Source: Patescibacteria group bacterium | Lineage (GTDB): Bacteria; Patescibacteriota; UBA1384; JAGGWG01 | DNA: 31,663 nucleotides | Reading direction: 5' to 3' | Assembly (NCBI GenBank): GCA_028698375.1 | Contig: JAQVDI010000001.1 | Span: 1-31,663, forward strand | Shown here: one piece after another, positions 7,174 through 13,994 of the stretch | Numbering within the stretch: the first letter of the stretch is position 1 | Layout: each line of letters opens with the position of its first letter | Translations under genes and position numbers: made by a program | The notes under the pieces: generated by a model | Seen by the model: the letters and a program-made list of their open reading frames with translations, nothing else | What the model was told of the DNA's origin: nothing | Databases searched by the model: none

Positions 7174-8046
7174 TTAATTCTTATAAAATTCTAAGAAAAT
7201 ATCTTCTAGGCCACCATGATTAATTTCCAAATCCCTTAATTTATACTTGGCCAAAATCTTTAATAAATTATTAATATCACCTTTTACAATTAATTTTAAA
7301 TTACCATCAATTTGTTCTTTAATTTCAACTCCACTAATTTTAAAATCATTAAGCTCATAATCACTTTCAAAAAAAACTCGCACATCATAAATATGTTTTT
7401 TCTTTAATTCTTTTATATCTTCAACAGCCATTAATTTACCTGCTTTAATAATTGCCGCTCGGTCACAAATACGTTGTACCTCAGGCAAATTATGCGAAGA
7501 CAAAAAAATCGTTACGCCTTTATCCTTATAATCTTCTAAAGTTTTATAAACCGCATTTTGCAAAAGAGGATCAAGACCAGTGGTAAGCTCATCTAAAATT
7601 AAAACTTTAGGTTCACTCATCAAAGCTAAAATTAATGATAATTTTTGCCGATTGCCACTAGATAAATTGCGTATTTTAACTTTCGGATTAAAATCAAATT
7701 TTTCTATTAATCTTTTTGCTTCATCCATACCTCCCCGAATACGCGCGATAAATTGCAGATGATCGTCGCCAGTCCAATTTTCATAAAGCCTTGGTTGAGG
7801 CGCCAAATAACCTAATTCTTGTTTGATATCAATTGAATCAAACCGAGAATCTTTATCTAAAATTTTTATTTCACCTCCATCAGCTCTAATAAAATCCATC
7901 ATCATTCTAATTGTTGTGGTTTTACCCGCGCCATTAGGACCCAAAAAGCCAAAAATTTCACCTTTCTTAACTTTAAAGCTAATTTTATCTACGGCTTTAA
8001 CCACACCAAAATGTTTAATTAAATTTTTGACTTCAATTGCTATCAT
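7174..8046 (-). CDS. ABC exporter ATP-binding subunit
   Basis: Walker A GPNGAGKT, signature LSSGNRQ, Walker B LILDE, H-loop SSH. Confidence 0.95.
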   Translation of the reverse strand: MIAIEVKNLIKHFGVVKAVDKISFKVKKGEIFGFLGPNGAGKTTTIRMMMDFIRADGGEIKILDKDSRFDSIDIKQELGYLAPQPRLYENWTGDDHLQFIARIRGGMDEAKRLIEKFDFNPKVKIRNLSSGNRQKLSLILALMSEPKVLILDELTTGLDPLLQNAVYKTLEDYKDKGVTIFLSSHNLPEVQRICDRAAIIKAGKLMAVEDIKELKKKHIYDVRVFFESDYELNDFKISGVEIKEQIDGNLKLIVKGDINNLLKILAKYKLRDLEINHGGLEDIFLEFYKN

Positions 8047-8089
8047 AAAATTATTATAAACTAAAATCTAAAAACACAAAACAAAAATC

Positions 8090-8142
8090 TTGACTTAGAC
8101 CTAAAATTTATTTATATTTGAACAAGCATCTTAAAAAGGAGA
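8090..8142 (+). promoter_or_regulatory. Promoter + boxA-like motif + SD
   Basis: TTGACT (8090-8095), N17, TATATT (8113-8118); GCATCTTAAAA from 8126 running into AAGGAG. Confidence 0.55.
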
Positions 8143-8148
8143 AAGTAA

Positions 8149-8421
8149 ATGGAAAATCATAATGGAAAATGGAGATTAGCCGGTTATGATGTTATTAGTG
8201 ATGAACTTTATAATATTAGAGGCGACAATGCGAATATTACTGAATATGATACAGAAGAGGCAGCTCAAGCTGCTGCTATTATACAAATTCAAAGAATAGA
8301 AGAATTACAACCAATTGAAGAAGCTGGTGAGATACAAGACAAAATTTGTATTATTGATCCTAACGGAAAACCAAAACTTTTTGAACCTAAAATTAAAATC
8401 CCAAACCCTAATAAAAATTAA
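8149..8421 (+). CDS. Hypothetical acidic protein
   Basis: 90 aa with its own promoter, strong SD and downstream terminator. Confidence 0.75.
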   Translation: MENHNGKWRLAGYDVISDELYNIRGDNANITEYDTEEAAQAAAIIQIQRIEELQPIEEAGEIQDKICIIDPNGKPKLFEPKIKIPNPNKN

Positions 8422-8432
8422 TCATAAATTTT

Positions 8433-8458
8433 AAATCTACCTCTACTTAGGTAGATTT
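8433..8458 (+). terminator. Intrinsic terminator
   Basis: AAATCTACCT/AGGTAGATTT 10-bp stem followed by a T-run. Confidence 0.75.
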
Positions 8459-8674
8459 TTTATTGTCGAAATCATTTTTATTAAAATTTTCTTTAATTAT
8501 ATCAGGCATATTACTCGCGATTGCGTTAAATTTTCCTGATATAAAAGTAAGTTTTTATCTAAAATTATAAATTATATCCTTTATTTTTTATATATCGCAC
8601 AATTCATAAATAATATAAATTAGAATTATTGGCAAAAGATATTTTTTATGGTAATCTGTAGCAATATAAAATTC

Positions 8675-8740
8675 TGTCATCCTGAGGCAACAGCCGAAGA
8701 ATCTCAGACCCTGAGATTCTTCACTTTGTTCAAAATGACA
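8675..8740. repeat. REP/MITE-like palindromic element
   Basis: Termini TGTCAT/ATGACA. Perfect internal 12-bp stem GAAGAATCTCAG 8696-8707 / CTGAGATTCTTC 8711-8722. Confidence 0.7.
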
Positions 8741-8750
8741 AAAAACAAAA

Positions 8751-9881
8751 ATGAAAAATATTAAAAAAAACTTCTCGACAAGCTCGCAGAATAAAAAATT
8801 GCCACTCTCCGACAAGCTCAGAATAAACTCTCCTCAGAATGACCAAGTGGTGGCAGTGGGCATGAGCGGCGGGATTGATTCCACTATAACGGCTTATCTT
8901 TTAAAAAAACAAGGCTACAAAGTAGTTGGATTAACAATGATGTTAAAAAATGACAAGCAAAAACAACAGGAAATTAAAAAGATAACTGAAAAATTAAAAA
9001 TAAAAAATTATTTTATTGATTTATCAAAAGATTTCAAAAAAATCGTTCTTGATTATTATCGTCAAGAATATTTGAATGGACGCACGCCTAACCCTTGTAT
9101 TATCTGCAACCAAAAAATTAAGTTTGATTTGTTGCTAAAGACCGCTAAAAAAAGTGGAATTCAGTTTGATTTTTTTGCTACTGGCCACTATGTCCGTCTT
9201 GCTAAAGATCCAAAAACTAGATGTTTTTTCTTAAAAAAAGGCAAAGATACTAAAAAAGATCAATCATATTTTTTATATCGGCTTAACCAGATACAATTAA
9301 AAAATTTAATTTTCCCCTTAGGTAATTTAACTAAAAATAAAGTCAAAAAAATGGCTTTACAATTAGGATTTAAGGAATTGCTGGCTAAACCAGAAAGCCA
9401 AGATTTTTTTAACTGTGCTGATCAAAATAATTTATTCGACAAAACAAAGATTAAAACTGGCGACATTATTAATCACCATAAAAAAATTGTCGGAAAACAT
9501 AACGGAATTATTAATTATACAATTGGTCAAAGAAAAGGCCTTTCTGGTGGTGGAACAAAAATTCCCATGTATGTAATAAAAATTAATACGACAAAAAATC
9601 AAATTATGATCGGGCCTCGCAAAAAACTCTTAGCTAAAAAATTAATAGCAATTTCACCAAACTGGATTTCAATTAAACAACCAGAAAAAAAATTATTAGC
9701 GTACGCAAAAATTCGTTTTGGAGCCAAATCTGCAAAATGCCAAATCAAATTAATAGAAAACAACCAATTAAAAGTAGAATTTAAAAACCCCCAATTTGCA
9801 ATTACCCCCGGACAATCAATTGTTTTTTATCAAAAAAATTTGCTTTTAGGTGGAGCAATTATTTCTCAAATTTTAATATAA
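8751..9881 (+). CDS. mnmA: tRNA 2-thiouridine(34) synthase MnmA
   Basis: SGGIDS PP-loop, GRTPNPCIICN, ATGHYVR, KDQSYFL, YTIGQRKG, AITPGQS. The start may instead be GTG 8847. Confidence 0.93.
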   Translation: MKNIKKNFSTSSQNKKLPLSDKLRINSPQNDQVVAVGMSGGIDSTITAYLLKKQGYKVVGLTMMLKNDKQKQQEIKKITEKLKIKNYFIDLSKDFKKIVLDYYRQEYLNGRTPNPCIICNQKIKFDLLLKTAKKSGIQFDFFATGHYVRLAKDPKTRCFFLKKGKDTKKDQSYFLYRLNQIQLKNLIFPLGNLTKNKVKKMALQLGFKELLAKPESQDFFNCADQNNLFDKTKIKTGDIINHHKKIVGKHNGIINYTIGQRKGLSGGGTKIPMYVIKINTTKNQIMIGPRKKLLAKKLIAISPNWISIKQPEKKLLAYAKIRFGAKSAKCQIKLIENNQLKVEFKNPQFAITPGQSIVFYQKNLLLGGAIISQILI

Positions 9882-9958
9882 TCTTAAAGTAATTGCTATT
9901 AACAAACAACTTAACGCGAAAATAATTTAGATCTAAAATTAATTCCAAAAGATAAATG

Positions 9959-10639
9959 TTATAAATTCACTCCGGTTTCTGGCAAAATTTCTGCTACTGA
10001 TTCAGCTACATTAACCACAATTCTCACTGCTGAATCACGACCTGTACCAAGAGCATAAGCTTCACGAGTCAAATCATCAAATAAAAAGTTAAGAACCCTA
10101 GTTTGGTAAGAGGCAATTTCCATTTTTGCGATTATTACGGTTTCTCCAACAGGAAAATTATTTTCTAACACAAAATTAAAATCAGCACATTCGCTGCCAT
10201 TTAGGGGATTACATTCTTCAATGGTAGTATTTGACACTTGAGATATCTGAGCATTTTCCATCCCCTCACCTAAAGTATAACTACGCCCGTTACCATCGAC
10301 ATCAGCATCATCTAGATTAATTGCGCTAACATAACCAAAATTAGTTAATGTCCCTTCAGCTATAGCTCCATACGCGTCACCAGTACCAGTATTCCACATT
10401 TTACCTCTAACCAAAACTGTGTCGCCGGGATCGGCAACAACGCTTTCACCGTCAGAAAATTCAGTACCGGAATAATTTTTCCAAGTAACACCGTTGTCTA
10501 AACTTGCTTCTAACTTAATATGCAAATTAACATCATCTTCTTGCGCCTTAACTGGCTGGATCAAACTTAAAGAATAACAGGTTACACCTAGAGCTAAAGC
10601 AACACCAAAACCTAAGATAACCTTTTTAAATTTTGTCAT
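9959..10639 (-). CDS. Secreted beta-rich (DUF11/Ig-like) surface protein ending in LPETG
   Basis: Signal peptide ending PVKA, ADPGDTVLVRGKMWNTG Ig-like pattern, C-terminus ILPETGVNL. Confidence 0.7.
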   Translation of the reverse strand: MTKFKKVILGFGVALALGVTCYSLSLIQPVKAQEDDVNLHIKLEASLDNGVTWKNYSGTEFSDGESVVADPGDTVLVRGKMWNTGTGDAYGAIAEGTLTNFGYVSAINLDDADVDGNGRSYTLGEGMENAQISQVSNTTIEECNPLNGSECADFNFVLENNFPVGETVIIAKMEIASYQTRVLNFLFDDLTREAYALGTGRDSAVRIVVNVAESVAEILPETGVNL

Positions 10640-10813
10640 TTTTCCTCACAATTTATTTTTTTTATTATACCACATAATTAAAACAAAAAAATCTACTTAG
10701 AAGTAGATTATATCATTGCACTATGGATTCATTATCTATCAGGCTATCAAAACATATTTATTATGTAATTTGGAGTTTATAAATATTCCAAATTTATTGT
10801 CAAAATAAAAAAA

Positions 10814-10835
10814 CCTAGAAAATATTATTTCTAGG
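10814..10835 (-). terminator. Intrinsic terminator after the G/S/N-rich gene
   Basis: CCTAGAAA/TTTCTAGG stem followed by a T-run on the minus strand. Confidence 0.6.
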
Positions 10836-10856
10836 ATAAAATATAAATCAAATTAT

Positions 10857-11660
10857 TTAATGCCCCCTAAGATTTCGACCTTTCCAATAACCTTGAGAAT
10901 ACCCAGAATAATAAGGGCTATAACAACCCTTTTTAGCATTACCGGGAGGAGGATCCCAAACACCATTATAACCATCAATATATCCAACTTCTACACCTTG
11001 GCTATGAACATTTTGATTATATTTACCTCGAACCTTATGAGGTGCCTTAATCAAATGTTGCGGATGCTTCGCTTGGGGTACAGATCTTTCTCTAGCTTGG
11101 TTATTTGAATTGTGACGATAACCAAAACCAGTTCTTTCATCGCTAGAGTAATTACCGCTATTATTTTGGTATGCAACCTGATCAGAGTTAACTGTAACTC
11201 GATCAGAATAAGACAAGGGATCTGTCCTGCCAATGCAATTACCCCGATCATCATAATGATAAATAGAACCATTATCCTGCTGAATTGATTGGCCAATCAA
11301 TTGGCCTTGTTGACCATAATGAACAGTTTGACTCCCATTATGAACTGACTGCCCAACTTGATTTGAACCAAAAATGCCATCAATCCAACCCATATAACCA
11401 CCAGCATAATGATAATCTCTATCTCCTACAGAAATTGTATGCCCAGATGATCGGCCGCTAGAATCAAAATGATTAGTACCTAAGCCACCTGATTCAGAAT
11501 GACCAGCCGAAGAGCCATCACCAGAATAATGAGATCCATTACCGCTAAAGTTATTACCGCTAGAATTAGAATTAGAACCATTAAATATATCTACTTCATT
11601 TGCAAAACCAGCAGCCAATTCTCCAAGTGCTCCAAGTATGCCACCATCATTTTTACCCAT
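10857..11660 (-). CDS. Hypothetical G/S/N/Q/Y/H-rich low-complexity repeat protein
   Basis: Long open frame with its own promoter, SD and terminator. The ATG at 11660 is preferred over the GTG at 11669 (AAGGAG 8 nt upstream). Confidence 0.7.
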   Translation of the reverse strand: MGKNDGGILGALGELAAGFANEVDIFNGSNSNSSGNNFSGNGSHYSGDGSSAGHSESGGLGTNHFDSSGRSSGHTISVGDRDYHYAGGYMGWIDGIFGSNQVGQSVHNGSQTVHYGQQGQLIGQSIQQDNGSIYHYDDRGNCIGRTDPLSYSDRVTVNSDQVAYQNNSGNYSSDERTGFGYRHNSNNQARERSVPQAKHPQHLIKAPHKVRGKYNQNVHSQGVEVGYIDGYNGVWDPPPGNAKKGCYSPYYSGYSQGYWKGRNLRGH

Positions 11661-11667
11661 TTCACTC

Positions 11668-11727
11668 ACTCCTTTTCAAAGAGCGTTAGCTACTTTAAAA
11701 TATACCATTTAAATATTGGTTTGTAAA
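11668..11727 (-). promoter_or_regulatory. Promoter + boxA-like motif + SD
   Basis: TTTACA (11727-11722), N17, TGn-TATATT (11704-11699); CGCTCTTTGAAAA (11685-11673) running into AAGGAG. Confidence 0.65.
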
Positions 11728-11812
11728 TAAAAAAATAGCTAACAGATAAGAGGTTCTAATTTCCTATGATATCTAATATGTAGATTTAAAATTAACAGAG
11801 GAAAATTTCAAG

Positions 11813-11885
11813 GGTGGATGAAGGGATTTGAACCCTCAACCGCCAGAGCCACAATCTGGTGCGCTACCATTGCGCCACATCCACC
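11813..11885 (-). tRNA. tRNA-His(GTG)
   Basis: Encoded G-1 opposite C73, acceptor GTGGATG/CATCCAC, anticodon arm CCAGA-TTGTGGC-TCTGG. Confidence 0.95.
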
Positions 11886-11968
11886 ATTAAAAACCCTAAA
11901 ACAACAATAATAAGATAGCAAAAAATAAACACTTTTGCAATCTATGATTTATTTGTATAATAGACTTA

Positions 11969-12868
11969 ATGAATAAAAAAGCACTTTTTTGGGTCATAAT
12001 TAGTTTTTTAGTTTTAATTGATGCTGGTCTTATTTTATATCAATTTGTTTACAAAAAACCAAAAGCCGATATCAATTTAACCCCTAATGCTGCTAATATC
12101 AAAAATTTTAATCTTACCCCACAAATTAATCCTAACCCGACACCAATTAATCTTAGCTTTCAAGAAAATCAAAAAATATATACTCCTGAAAGTAATTATT
12201 TTTACAAACACCCTGTTCTTTTGGAAAGAGAAGAAGATAATTTGCTTTTTTTAGCTCGGGGCAAATCAAGTGTTAAGTTAGATGAAATTATTTATACCAA
12301 AACTTTTGATCTTGCAGATTGGGCTGCTCCAACGAGTATAAAAAATTTTACAGACAAAAAAATTGTAGATCTTTTCGCCACAAAAAACCAACAAGGTTAT
12401 TATCTTTTATATATTACTCAAGATAATGATCAAAAATATGAAACCAATTATTTATATTCCATTAATGGCACTGATTGGGGTGAAAAAACAATTAACTTGC
12501 CTACAGCTGGATTAAAAAAGGTTTCAGCAACAGCCGATAAAAATAGTTTAAGAACAATTTTTTTAGATGCTAACAATCGCACAATCAAACAAAACTTTCT
12601 TTTGCAAAATAGAACTTGGACCAGTATCAAAACTGTAATTAATCTAAATTTAGAAATCAGCGACATGGACCTAATCGCTACTCCGGATTTTTATTATTTA
12701 TTATTTTCAAGCTCCAATATTCTTTATGAGACTCACTCCGTTGATTTTCATACTTTTAGCGCGCCACAAGCTATTGTTAACCTCAAAGATAATGATTTTT
12801 ATTTAAGCGACATTGGTTTGATAACCTTAAACGCAGAGGGTGTTTTCTTGGCAAAAAATGATTTTTAA
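11969..12868 (+). CDS. Membrane-anchored extracytoplasmic beta-rich protein, possibly an Asp-box/propeller fold
   Basis: N-terminal TM, N/P-rich linker, Asp-box-like YSINGTDW and HSVDFHTF. Confidence 0.55.
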   Translation: MNKKALFWVIISFLVLIDAGLILYQFVYKKPKADINLTPNAANIKNFNLTPQINPNPTPINLSFQENQKIYTPESNYFYKHPVLLEREEDNLLFLARGKSSVKLDEIIYTKTFDLADWAAPTSIKNFTDKKIVDLFATKNQQGYYLLYITQDNDQKYETNYLYSINGTDWGEKTINLPTAGLKKVSATADKNSLRTIFLDANNRTIKQNFLLQNRTWTSIKTVINLNLEISDMDLIATPDFYYLLFSSSNILYETHSVDFHTFSAPQAIVNLKDNDFYLSDIGLITLNAEGVFLAKNDF

Positions 12869-12951
12869 CTTGTATTTTAATGATATTTGTGTTATTATTT
12901 TATACGTCTCTGTAGGCCGAAAGGGATGGAAAAATAAGTAAAAGGAACTTT

Positions 12952-13209
12952 ATGAGAATTTTTGTAGGAAACTTACCTTGGGTAGTTAAGAAAGAAGACC
13001 TAATTGCAAAATTCAGCGAATTTGGTCAAGTCGAAGAGGAAAACACTCTTATTATTGTCGACGCCAATGGCCGAAGCAAAGGTTTTGGTTTTGCTGAAAT
13101 GCCCAATGAAGAAGAAGCTAAAAAAGCTATGGAAGCACTCAATGGTCAAGATTGGGAAGGTAGAGCCGTTGTTGTTAACGAAGCTCGCCCCATGAAAAAC
13201 AAAGAGTAA
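12952..13209 (+). CDS. Single-RRM RNA-binding protein
   Basis: RNP2 IFVGNL, RNP1 RSKGFGFAEM, VVNEARP. Confidence 0.95.
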   Translation: MRIFVGNLPWVVKKEDLIAKFSEFGQVEEENTLIIVDANGRSKGFGFAEMPNEEEAKKAMEALNGQDWEGRAVVVNEARPMKNKE

Positions 13210-13228
13210 TTTAAGCTTTAAAAAATAA

Positions 13229-13256
13229 AAAGCCCGCCCTAAAAAGGCGGGTTTTT
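13229..13256. terminator. Bidirectional intrinsic terminator between convergent genes
   Basis: A-run, CCCGCC/GGCGGG stem, T-run. Confidence 0.8.
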
Positions 13257-13269
13257 TGTTACCTAAATT

Positions 13270-13989
13270 TTAGTATTTATGGCTAATTAAATTCCACTTA
13301 ATTTTAAACAAATCTTTGATGGTCCGCCACGCCACCTTTAAACCACCTGGTAATTTAGAACCAGCTGCGTTTTCCCACGTAATAGGAATTTCTTTAATTT
13401 TATATCCTAGACGTTTAGCAATAGACAAAATTTCCATATCAAAACTCCAACGCATAAAAGTTTGTTTAGGAAAAATCTTTTCGCAAGCGCGTGCAGAAAA
13501 TAATTTAAAACCGCACTGGGTGTCGGCAATACCAGGCAAAATTAATATACGAGTAAGCGTATTACCAGCTCGAGAAATAAAACGACGTAAAAATGATTGT
13601 TTTTCTGTGATCACACTACCTGTGGTATAACGTGAACCAATTAAAATTTCAAATTCATCAGTATGTGGCCAGAATTTAGCAATATCTTTAATCCGAGTTG
13701 AGTTATCAGCATCCATAAACAATCGCCAGGCACCAGAAGCTTCTAACATCCCCTGCTTAACCACACCACCTTTACCTTGATTGTTTTTATTATCAATTAA
13801 GCGCACATTATCATGACTTTGTTTAAAGTCATTAACTACTTTTGCGGTATTATCTGTCGAACCGTCATTAACTACTAAAATTTCCCATGCATAATTCTGA
13901 TTTTTTAAATAATTAAAAACGTCTTCAAGCGTTGGCGGCAATCGCTTTTCCTCATTATAAGCTGGGATAACTACAGATAATTTAATCAT
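13270..13989 (-). CDS. GT2 polyprenol-phosphate glycosyltransferase (DPM1/ALG5/GtrB-like)
   Basis: SVVIPAYNEE, VNDGSTD, NQGKGG, FMDAD, DTQCGFKLF, FDMEIL. Confidence 0.92.
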   Translation of the reverse strand: MIKLSVVIPAYNEEKRLPPTLEDVFNYLKNQNYAWEILVVNDGSTDNTAKVVNDFKQSHDNVRLIDNKNNQGKGGVVKQGMLEASGAWRLFMDADNSTRIKDIAKFWPHTDEFEILIGSRYTTGSVITEKQSFLRRFISRAGNTLTRILILPGIADTQCGFKLFSARACEKIFPKQTFMRWSFDMEILSIAKRLGYKIKEIPITWENAAGSKLPGGLKVAWRTIKDLFKIKWNLISHKY

Positions 13990-13994
13990 TTTTA

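Noticed and set aside
8588-8815. 75-aa minus-strand ORF
   Set aside because: Translation of the palindromic repeat and the antisense of the mnmA start.
10860-11726. ORFs 10860-11108, 11051-11296 and 11499-11726
   Set aside because: Alternative-frame or antisense products of the low-complexity gene.
8433-11780. TCTAC...GTAGA hairpins (8435-8456, 10691-10708, degenerate near 11771) resembling the Cas12a repeat stem
   Set aside because: Isolated, differing loops, no regular spacing, no cas genes, and the first two have terminator-like T-runs.
9882-11812. Island integrated at tRNA-His
   Set aside because: No duplicated tRNA 3' end and no integrase in the interval.
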